Assembly (NCBI GenBank): GCA_965247095.1
Contig: OZ251997.1
Location: forward strand, 2,848,001 to 2,912,000
Source: Candidatus Multivorans sp.
Lineage (GTDB): Bacteria; Acidobacteriota; Thermoanaerobaculia; Multivoradales; Multivoraceae
Direction: 5' to 3'
Length of the DNA: 64,000 nucleotides
This document shows, in pieces, positions 9,653 through 17,413 of this stretch; position 1 is the first letter of the stretch; the number at the start of each line of letters is the position of its first letter. Position numbers and translations under genes: made by a program. The notes below the pieces were generated by a model. The model was given only the letters and a program-made list of their open reading frames with translations. It did not search any database and was not told the origin of the DNA.

Positions 9653-10183
9653 GTGAACTCGGGGGCGTCCGCGGGCCGGCTCGGTCCGCTGCTGGAGTAC
9701 CTGGGTTCGCTCGACGGCCGCGCCGACCTGGAGGTCCTGAGCGGCCTGCTGGGCGAGCTCGCGGTGACGCGAGCCGACCTCGGTTCCGCGTGCCGCTTCG
9801 GCGCGGACGGCTACCGGCGGAACCGGATCGCCGAGTCGGACTGGTACGAACTGGTCTGCCTGTGCTGGTCCAGCGGCCAGCGGACCCCGATCCACGACCA
9901 CCGGGGCTCGAGCTGCGCCTTCCGCGTCGTCGAAGGCGTGGCGACCGAGACCGCGTTCGAGCCGACGGCATCCGGTCTCATCTGCCCCTGCGGTCGCCGT
10001 GAGCATGGGGCCGGCTGCGTCTGCGCGTCGGAGGAAGACGACTGCCACCAGGTCGCGAACACGCAGCCTGCGGGCGAGGACCTGATCACGCTCCACATCT
10101 ATTCGCCGCCGCTGCGGCAGTTCAACGTGTACTCGCTGGACACGCCGACCGCGTCCGATCAGAGACGGCCCGGCTGCTGCTAG
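9653..10183 (+). CDS. Cysteine dioxygenase family (3-His cupin)
   Basis: YRRN, CWSSGQRTPIHDHRGSSC, CHQVAN, TLHIYSPPL; RBS AGGAGG. Confidence 0.88.
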   Translation: MNSGASAGRLGPLLEYLGSLDGRADLEVLSGLLGELAVTRADLGSACRFGADGYRRNRIAESDWYELVCLCWSSGQRTPIHDHRGSSCAFRVVEGVATETAFEPTASGLICPCGRREHGAGCVCASEEDDCHQVANTQPAGEDLITLHIYSPPLRQFNVYSLDTPTASDQRRPGCC

Positions 10184-10194
10184 GCCGGTGGAGC

Positions 10195-10275
10195 CCCTGG
10201 GAACCCGCGTGGCGCGGTCCGCATCCGGTCCTGGGAACGCGGGCATCCTGCCCGCATCGCGCGCGTAGCGCCGGT
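10195..10275 (+). repeat. REP cluster
   Basis: Truncated hairpin-1 unit, then GGGAACGCGGGCATCCTGCCCGC, then a GCGCGTAGCGC mini-hairpin. Confidence 0.85.
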
Positions 10276-10334
10276 CTGGACCGCCATAGCGTCTAGACTG
10301 TTGTTCGTTCAAGAAATGCGATGAGGATGTACCC

Positions 10335-12140
10335 ATGAAACGAGGAAGATGGTTCGGCTTGTCGACAACCGCAATGCTGCTCACGTTGGCGTGCAGCGCC
10401 GAACCGGCGCCGCAACTCCGCGTCGTCTACGCCGGCGACGCCGGCACACCGCACGCGGAGGGCTACCACGCACTGCTGGCCGAGCACTTCGACGTGCGGA
10501 GCATCGCGCGCAACGACCTGGCGAAGGCCGACCTCAGCGACGCCGACGTCCTGATCGTCGACGGGCAAACGATCGACCGGTCGGAAGAGCGGATCCAGAC
10601 GATCCCGGGAGTCGAGGGAGTCGATCTGGAGACCCTGTCGATGCCCACCGTCCTGATCGGCGGCCAGGGTGCGCGCATCTCGGACGACCTGAACCTGCTG
10701 CTGGGCTGGCGATACGGGTGACTGTGTTTGTTCTCCAGGGCTGTCGTGCCACAGTCCACGTCCGATCCGACCTTTGGCCATCCGATCTTCCACGGACCTC
10801 TGCCGATCGAGCTGGAGCTCGAGGAGGTGCCGACCCCACCCAAGTACAAGTACTACGAACTGACAGGCGATGTTCCGGACACGATGACCACGGTCAAGGT
10901 CCTCAAGAAGGAATGGGACACCCGGAACCTGCCGGTCGGCGGGCGGCCGGACAATGGCGAGCCGGGCGTGGTGACGACCGGCGACGGGTTCCTCGATTCG
11001 CCCGACACCGAGTGGATCGCCGGCGGCATGCACCTGAAGGGTCCGGACTACTTCGCCATCGGCCGTCAGGGGCGGCTGCTGCAGTGGGGGTTCTACGGCA
11101 CCCCGGACGAGATGACCGAGACCGGCCAGCGCCTGCTGATCAACGCGGTGCACTACATCCACGGCTTCAAGGACCATCCGATCCTGGCCACTCGCGAAGC
11201 GCGTCCGCGCGAGGGGCTCGCCACCTCCCTCGCCCTCCTCGACATCTACGCGACCGAGGAGATGAAGGAGTACTACGACACGCCGGAGAAGGTGAAGGAG
11301 GCCCAGGATCGGGTCATTGAGCGCACCTTCGGCGAAACGGTTCCAGCGGCGGCCCGCGGCTCGAAGGAGGAGCGTCGGGCGTGGTACGGGGAAAACGAGC
11401 CGTACCTCTACTGGGATGGCGCCCGCGTCGGCAGCGAGTACGCCGGCAAGGCCTACTTCCGGCTCGAGGGGAAGTACCGGATCGACGAAGATGCCAGGGC
11501 GCTCGGGATCGCGAACAACGACCCGGCTCTGCTGAAGCGGGCGGTTGCGGACCTGCATGAAGGAGTGGAACCGGAGCGCGCGCACCGGTTGCTGGCCCGG
11601 TACAGCGGGGCGGGCCATGACTCCGCGGACGACTGGCAGAGCTGGCTCGACGAGAACGAAGGTTCGCTCTTCGCTTCCGACTGGGGCGGGTACCGGTTCC
11701 AGGTCGCCAACGGACCCGGAGAACCGGACTTGCTCAGTTCGTCCCGGTTCGCAGTGGACGGAGACGAACTGGACGATCTCTCCGTCACCGTGAGTCCCGC
11801 GGTCGAGGTGACGATGTCGACAACGACCGACGGCGAGTCAACCTTGGCCGTCCTCGACTTCAAGCTCGAGCCCGGCTTCTGGATCTACGCCCCCGGTTCC
11901 GACGCGGAGTTCAAGTTCGGCGTCCGGGCGCCATCCGGGTTCGGCTACCAGGTGGCCGGCGACCCGGTGCTGCCCAAGGTGGACGGCCAGGGCCGGATAC
12001 ACGGCGACTTCCGGATCGAGGTCCCGCTCGAAGGCTCAGGCGACGTGGCGACGATACTGATCGACTACCAGGCATGCGACGAAACGCTCTGCCACTACCC
12101 GGTGACGGATGCCCGGCTGATGAGCAGGGTCGAGAGCTGA
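10335..12140 (+). CDS. Putative selenocysteine-containing redox lipoprotein (U-L-C motif; C-terminal DsbD N-terminal-like domain), about 601 aa if TGA 10719-10721 is read through
   Basis: ORFs 10335-10721 and 10728-12140 share a frame; junction GGG TGA CTG TGT TTG; lipobox LTLAC; C-terminal KLEPGFWIYAP...YQACDETLCHYP. Confidence 0.7.
10738..10757 (+). promoter_or_regulatory. Candidate bacterial SECIS hairpin
   Basis: GGGCTGT-(CGTGCC)-ACAGTCC: 7-bp stem with one G-U pair, starting 16 nt after the UGA, G at loop position 2. Confidence 0.55.
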
Positions 12141-12207
12141 GACGTCCCGGCTACTGCTAGCAGTTCCCGTTCCTCACTGGGTGCTTCGCCGTCCTCGTCG
12201 TCATCCG

Positions 12208-12262
12208 CCCCTGGGAACGCGGGCGTCTCGCCCGCATCAAGTGCGCTGCCGCGAAGCGGCGC
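12208..12262 (+). repeat. REP hairpin + GAA mini-hairpin
   Basis: CCCCTGGGAACGCGGGCGTCTCGCCCGCATC...GCCGCGAAGCGGC. Confidence 0.85.
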
Positions 12263-12314
12263 GCACGAGCGACTCGTCGTTTGTGTCGAGAAGCCCCGCT
12301 ATCGGGCGACTCAC
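12237..12314 (-). pseudogene. vapC/PIN toxin N-terminal remnant truncated at a REP element
   Basis: GTGA overlap with the antitoxin stop; reads MSRPIAGLLDTN, then enters the REP and stops after 25 aa. Confidence 0.6.
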
Positions 12315-12568
12315 ACCTCGCTCTCGTCGCTGACCGTGACGGGCTTGTGCCGGTAGCGCTTGGGAGGCGGCAACTCGATCCCGTGCTCGGGACCAAAGTG
12401 CCTCTTGAATGCCTCCGAGGGTCTTAGGCGCCGTTCCACCTCCTCGCGCTTCTCCCGGATCAAGCGGCGAACGTACTGGCTCATCGAGAGGCCGGCATGG
12501 CTTGCTTCGTGCCTCAGCCAGACCCTGTCTCCCGGGTCGATGTCGCGGACGTTGATGACGGAACTCAT
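12311..12568 (-). CDS. FitA/VapB-like ribbon-helix-helix antitoxin
   Basis: INVRDID...LRHEASHAGLSMSQYVRRLI...HFGPEHGIELP. Confidence 0.75.
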   Translation of the reverse strand: MSSVINVRDIDPGDRVWLRHEASHAGLSMSQYVRRLIREKREEVERRLRPSEAFKRHFGPEHGIELPPPKRYRHKPVTVSDESEV

Positions 12569-12617
12569 CGTGAGCAGCCTCCCAGTCGGATGGGGAGCGT
12601 CTGGGGCGCGGACCGCA

Positions 12618-12638
12618 TGCTAGCGCCGTTTGCTGGCA
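12618..12638. promoter_or_regulatory. Imperfect palindrome, candidate RHH operator
   Basis: TGCTAGC-N7-GCTGGCA about 50 bp upstream of the antitoxin start. Confidence 0.4.
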
Positions 12639-12778
12639 GCGGCGGCCATGACGGTGTACCGCTGCACCATCCTCCCCGGCCGACCGCCCATCACCCGGTG
12701 ATAGCCTCGCGTCGTCTGCGAGCGACCGTAGTCCATCTCCCCTTCTGAGGGAGGATCCTCCGTTGCGGCAGCGGGAGC

Positions 12779-12985
12779 ATGAACGGACGGGAGTTCATCA
12801 GACGAGCCAGGCGATATGCGCGGAGGACGGCGCAGGATTTCCGTTTGGACACCCGCAGAGGGAAAGGAAGCCACACGGTGCTCTATCTGGGCAACCGCTT
12901 GACGACCGTTCCGCAGAAGGAGATCGGCCGAGGGCTGCTGGCATCCATGTTGAGAGATCTGAAGGTCGACAGAGGAGACTTCTGA
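12779..12985 (+). CDS. hicA: HicA-family toxin
   Basis: RGKGSHTVLYLGNRLTTVPQKEIGRGLLASMLRDL. Confidence 0.88.
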   Translation: MNGREFIRRARRYARRTAQDFRLDTRRGKGSHTVLYLGNRLTTVPQKEIGRGLLASMLRDLKVDRGDF

Positions 12986-12988
12986 CCG

Positions 12989-13417
12989 ATGCGCTATGCC
13001 TATCCGTGTGTCCTCAACCCGGAGGAAGACGGTGGCTTCTTCGTCGTCTTCCCCGACGTTCCGGGCGCGTTGACGTGCGGCGACGACCGAGCCGAAGCTC
13101 TGGAAATGGCGGCGGACGCCCTTGTAGCCATACTCGCGACTCACGTCCACAACGGCGAGGACCTTCCGACCCCAAGCTCCGTCGTGGATGGTCAGGAAGT
13201 GGTGGCCGTTCCACCCGTTCCCGCCGCAAAGCTGGCGCTCTATTCGGCGATGCGGGAACAGGGCCTTAACGAGGCGTCCCTGGCCAAGCAGCTCGGGTTG
13301 GACGAGGCTTCGGTCGGCCAGCTTCTCGATCCAGACCGCTACTCCCATATCAGTAGAGTCACGAACGCCCTTCGAGCCGTTGGGCGCAGTCTCGTGGTCG
13401 AAGACAGGGTGGCCTAG
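12989..13417 (+). CDS. hicB: HicB-family antitoxin with C-terminal HTH
   Basis: YPCVLNPEEDGGFFVVFPDVPGALTCGDDRAEALEMAADAL...AAKLALYSAMREQG. Confidence 0.9.
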   Translation: MRYAYPCVLNPEEDGGFFVVFPDVPGALTCGDDRAEALEMAADALVAILATHVHNGEDLPTPSSVVDGQEVVAVPPVPAAKLALYSAMREQGLNEASLAKQLGLDEASVGQLLDPDRYSHISRVTNALRAVGRSLVVEDRVA

Positions 13418-13452
13418 CAGGCGGCGCGAGTTCTAACGCGCCAGATCCGCCG

Positions 13453-14636
13453 TTATGCGGCCCGCGATGACTCCCGTTCCCGGTCCACCGCCGCCTCCAG
13501 GTGGGGCGGCGGTCGCCAGAGGCACTCCATGACGTAGGGCAGGTCCATCGGCCGGCCGTCCCAGGCCGGCATCGATTCCTTGCCCGTGACCAGAATGCCC
13601 GAATCCTCCAGGTGCTCGACCAAGTCTCGGGCGGCGCGGAGGCCGACCGGCGGCGGCGTCGGACTCTGCTGCAGCGGCCGTCCGCGGGGATGAACGAACT
13701 GCACGACGCCTTCCTTGTTCATTCGGACACGGAAACCGCCCTCGTGGAGCAGGCGGTGGTGCCGCCGGCAGAGAAGCACGAGGTTCGAGAGCTTCGTTTC
13801 GCCGCCGTCGGCCCAGTGTTCGATGTGGTGGGCGTCGCAGTGCTTCGATGTGCAGCCCGGGAAGCGGCACCCCTGATCGCGGAACTCCAGCGCGCGGCGG
13901 ATCGGCGGCGGAATCGTGCGCGTCTTGCGGCCGACGCTCAGGATGTGGCCGTTGCGGTGGGTCATCCGGACCTTGCCGGCGTCGCAGGCGATGCGACGTG
14001 TTGTTTCCGCGGAAACAGGAACGTGGGAGGTGCCGAGCCAGGCGCCGTTGGATGCTCGTGGGCCCAGGGGTGTCTCGCGAGCCTGCCCGCGGCCTCGAGT
14101 GCCTTCATCAATAGCTCGCCCGCCTCCGGGGCCAGCCGTCCGCGAATCACGAACATGCCGTTCTCGTCGATGTGGGTCGTGACGTGACTCGACGCGTCGC
14201 GCAGTTCGTCCTCGTTCGCCTCGACCGTGCGGTCGTTTCTTCGCCACGACCTGACGGCACCTTCGATGTGCGCCGCGGTTCCCGTCTTTCCGAGATCGGC
14301 CAGCGATTCGTCGGTCTCAGGCGTTGCGATGCGGGTCAACGCCCTCACCTTCGAGTAGGAGAGTTGCCCGCGTTTCATCGCTTCGCTCATCAAGGGAAGA
14401 TCGCCCAGGGCCCGGGCGACCCGAACCCGTTCGCGGGCCGCACTTGGCGCGAGGCCGATTCTCCAGGTGAGCCAGTGAGCGCAGCTCAGGAAGCCGTTGT
14501 TCCAACCCTCCCGTTCATCGAACTCGCGGATCAGGACGAGCAACTCGTAGGTGGCCGCGTCGATGCGCGCAGCGAGCGTGGCGATCTCTTCGCCAATGCG
14601 CTCCTTTGCGCTCATGCCGGTTTGTTTGTCAATCAT
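13453..14636 (-). pseudogene. DUF222 / HNH endonuclease, frameshifted with probable internal deletion near 14080
   Basis: N-terminal EEIATLAARIDAATYELL..FDEREGW..GFLSCAHWLTWR lies in one frame; RRIACDA...RDQGCRFPGC..CDAHHIEHWADGGETKLSNLVLLCRRHH lies in another. Confidence 0.8.
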
Positions 14637-14809
14637 TTGTGTTGCTCGGTGCTGGGACTTGACGGTCCGGTTGACGTGTGTCGTAGGCCGCGAAACCGGC
14701 CGTTAGGAGCCTACGTCGAGGACAATGAACCTATCACCAGAGGATTGGGAACACAAGAATATTCAAGGCGATGGAGAGGGCAGCCAATCTACTGGAGTCG
14801 ACCGATGAT

Positions 14810-14942
14810 CGGGTGGCAGTGGGGCCCATCGGCGAGGCGGCCGGGCCTCGCAGTGGCCGGCATCAGACGCAGCGATGGCGGTCCGGTTGTGCAGAGGCGC
14901 TGATCTTCGCCGGGCCGCGAAAGCGGCGAGGCTGCCAACCCG
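14810..14942 (+). ncRNA. Candidate structured RNA / 5' leader (unidentified)
   Basis: Closing stem CGGGTGGCAG/CTGCC(A)ACCCG, internal stems GCGAGGC/GCCTCGC and CCGGC-ATCAG/CTGAT-GCCGG, and a GCCGC-GAAA-GCGGC GNRA hairpin. High GC makes chance folding possible. Confidence 0.3.
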
Positions 14943-14964
14943 GCATAGAGTCAGACCGCCTGTC

Positions 14965-16212
14965 ATGATCACGAGACGCGGCTTTCTCTCCAGTGCCGGA
15001 ATCGCGGCAGCCGGCATGACGGCCGGCCTGTCCGCGGCTCGCCAGGCGGCGGCCGCGCTGGCTCAACACTCCGAGGGGTCGAAGATGAAGATCACCGAGC
15101 TCGAGACGATCCTGATCGACAACATCGACCCGCCGATCGGGCACCGGAAGTGGCTGTTTATTCAGCTCAGGACGGACGAGGGGCTGGTTGGCCTCGGCGA
15201 GCGGGTGTCCGGGGGCGCAACGAACCTGAAGCCGCAGATCGAGCTGCTGAACGACCTGTTCGATCGCTTCGTCGTGGGCCAGAGCCCCTTCGACGTGGAG
15301 AAGATCTGGCAGCGGATGAAGACGAGCCTCCACGACTACAGCCACCCCGGGCTGTACGGCGTGCCGGCGTTCTCGGCGATCGAGATGGCCTGCTGGGACC
15401 TGATCGGCAAGGCGACGAACCAGCCGATTTACAACCTGCTCGGCGGCCGGTACCACGACAAGCTCCGCGCCTACGCGTACCTGAACAGCTCCGGGATCTG
15501 GGAGAACCCGGCCTTGGCCGGCGAACGGGCGCAGGAACTGGTCGAACGCGGCATCACCTGCTGCAAGCTCGACCCGTTCTCGCCGATCACCGGCCCGCCG
15601 CGGGACTACTCGCTGAAGACGATCCGCAACGTGGCGACCATCTTCCGCGCCATGCGGGACGCCGTGGGCGACGAGCTGGAGATCGGCATCGGCACCCACG
15701 GGCAGTTCTCGACCGCGGTGGCGATCCGGGTCGCCGACATCCTCGAGGAGTTCGATCCCTACTTCTTCGAGGAGCCGGTGCCGCCGGAGAACGTGGACGA
15801 AATGGCACGCGTCGCGGCCCACACGAACATCCCCATCGCGACCGGCGAGCGGTTGGTCAACCGGTTCGAGTTCGCCGAGGTGCTCGAGAAGCAGGCTGCG
15901 CAGATCATTCAGCTCGACGTGGGCCAGTGCGGCGGCATCCTGGAAGCGAAGAAGATCGCCGGCATGGCCGAGACCCACTACGCGATGATCGCGCCGCACA
16001 TGTACTGCGGCCCCGTCGCGGCGGCGGCGGCGGTGCAGCTCGACACCTGCTCGCCGAACTTCCTGATCCAGGAGTTCAACACGAACGACCTGCACAACGA
16101 CATCTTCGTCGAGCCGATCCGCTTCGAGAACGGGTTCATCGAACCGCCGACCGGTCCCGGGCTGGGGGTCGAACTCGATCAAGCCGTCGTCGCGAGGCAT
16201 CGAGCCGCTTGA
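14965..16212 (+). CDS. Mandelate racemase/muconate lactonizing enzyme family (galactonate dehydratase-like) with Tat signal
   Basis: MITRRGFL; SAIEMACWDLIGKA..PIYNLLGG; FFEEP; IATGER; IAPH; PNFLIQE; PGLGVELD. Confidence 0.9.
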   Translation: MITRRGFLSSAGIAAAGMTAGLSAARQAAAALAQHSEGSKMKITELETILIDNIDPPIGHRKWLFIQLRTDEGLVGLGERVSGGATNLKPQIELLNDLFDRFVVGQSPFDVEKIWQRMKTSLHDYSHPGLYGVPAFSAIEMACWDLIGKATNQPIYNLLGGRYHDKLRAYAYLNSSGIWENPALAGERAQELVERGITCCKLDPFSPITGPPRDYSLKTIRNVATIFRAMRDAVGDELEIGIGTHGQFSTAVAIRVADILEEFDPYFFEEPVPPENVDEMARVAAHTNIPIATGERLVNRFEFAEVLEKQAAQIIQLDVGQCGGILEAKKIAGMAETHYAMIAPHMYCGPVAAAAAVQLDTCSPNFLIQEFNTNDLHNDIFVEPIRFENGFIEPPTGPGLGVELDQAVVARHRAA

Positions 16213-16249
16213 GCCGGGGAACCGACCCTGTGAACCATCCGGGCTCCGG

Positions 16250-16295
16250 CCTGGGAACGCGGGCGTCTCGCCCGCATCCGGCGCGAAGCGCCGGT
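16250..16295 (+). repeat. REP hairpin + GAA mini-hairpin
   Basis: CCTGGGAACGCGGGCGTCTCGCCCGCATCCGGCGCGAAGCGCCGG. Confidence 0.9.
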
Positions 16296-16297
16296 CT

Positions 16298-17413
16298 GTG
16301 AGCCACATGTCCGCAACTGACAAGGGACTGACCCTGGCGATCCTCGCCGCCGGCCGCTCAGCGAGATTCGGCCGCCCGAAAACGCTCGAGCCCGTCGGGC
16401 CGAGCGGCGAGGTGCTGTTCGAGTACGCGATCTGCGACGCCATCCGCGCCGGATGCGGGCGCGTCGTATTCGTGACGTCGGCGGACCGGACGGAACAGAT
16501 CATGAGCCGGGCCGCCGAGTATGCGGGCAGAGCCGTTCCGGTCGACTTCGTGGTGCAGTCGCTCGACGACCTGCCGGGCGGGGCGGTGCCGCCGGCGCAG
16601 AGAGCCAAACCATGGGGCACGGGTCATGCCGTCTTCGCCCTGCGGAAGAAGATCGAGGAACCCTTCCTGGTCGTCAACGCGGACGACTTCTACGGTCCGC
16701 GCGCGATCGAGTCGTTCGGCCAGCGGGTACGGGAGGCGTTGGCGCCAGGCGACGATTCGCACTTCCTGGCGGCGTATGAGCTCCATCGCACCGGCGTCTC
16801 CCGCACCAGCGGCGTCAACCGGGGGATCGTGGCCGCCGGCAGTGCCCCTGGGAACCCAGGTGGCGCGTCCCGCGCCACCTGTGAACCTTCCACCGGCCCG
16901 TCATCGGGCGCGTGGAGGCACGCGGGCATCTCGCCCGCATCCGTCTTCCGGCCTGGGAACGCGGGCGTCTCGCCCGCATCTGGCTTTCTGGAACGTTTGC
17001 ACGAGGTCTACGACGTCCGACGGACCGACTCGGGCCTCGTCGGCCGCGACGGCGCAGGGGAGGTCCGGGAACTCCCGCCCGAAACCCCGTGCTCGATGAA
17101 CCTGTGGGCCTTCCAGCCCTCCATCTTCGGCCACCTCGAAGCCGCGTTCGCGGACTTTCACGCCCGCCTTGCCCATCCGCCGGCGGACCCGCTGACCAGC
17201 GAGTTCCTGCTCAGCGAGACGGTCGGCGACCTGGTCGGAGAAGGAGCGGCCCGTGTCCGGCTGCTGCCGATGTCGCAGAGCACCGCCGGACTGACCTACC
17301 CCGGCGACCTGCCGCCCGTCGCTTCGACGTTGAGCGAGGCCGTGGCAGCCGGCGACTACCCGGCCGACTTGAGCGAGTGGTTCGCAGGGCGGTCGTCCCG
17401 GAGACTCACTTGA
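16298..17413 (+). CDS. NTP-transferase-domain nucleotidyltransferase carrying a 45-aa in-frame REP insertion
   Basis: LAILAAGRSARFG..K.LEPVGPSGE; KPWGTGHAV; VNADDFYG; SMNLWAF; SEFLL; GLTYPGD. Start may be ATG 16307. Confidence 0.85.
   Translation: MSHMSATDKGLTLAILAAGRSARFGRPKTLEPVGPSGEVLFEYAICDAIRAGCGRVVFVTSADRTEQIMSRAAEYAGRAVPVDFVVQSLDDLPGGAVPPAQRAKPWGTGHAVFALRKKIEEPFLVVNADDFYGPRAIESFGQRVREALAPGDDSHFLAAYELHRTGVSRTSGVNRGIVAAGSAPGNPGGASRATCEPSTGPSSGAWRHAGISPASVFRPGNAGVSPASGFLERLHEVYDVRRTDSGLVGRDGAGEVRELPPETPCSMNLWAFQPSIFGHLEAAFADFHARLAHPPADPLTSEFLLSETVGDLVGEGAARVRLLPMSQSTAGLTYPGDLPPVASTLSEAVAAGDYPADLSEWFAGRSSRRLT
16847..16981 (+). repeat. Intragenic in-frame composite REP element (135 bp)
   Basis: Three-hairpin unit plus a second REP; length is a multiple of 3 with no stop in the coding frame. 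Confidence 0.9.

Noticed and set aside
13431-13460. TTCTAAC...GTTATGC after hicB as an integron attC site
   Set aside because: Only about 28 bp, no L boxes, not repeated after other cassettes, and no integron integrase.
16912-17409. Long N-terminal extensions in the ORF track (also 23155-25947, 54287-56500, 56315-58708, 61866-63449)
   Set aside because: They overlap upstream genes or REP elements; downstream starts with signal peptides or stop-start overlaps fit better.
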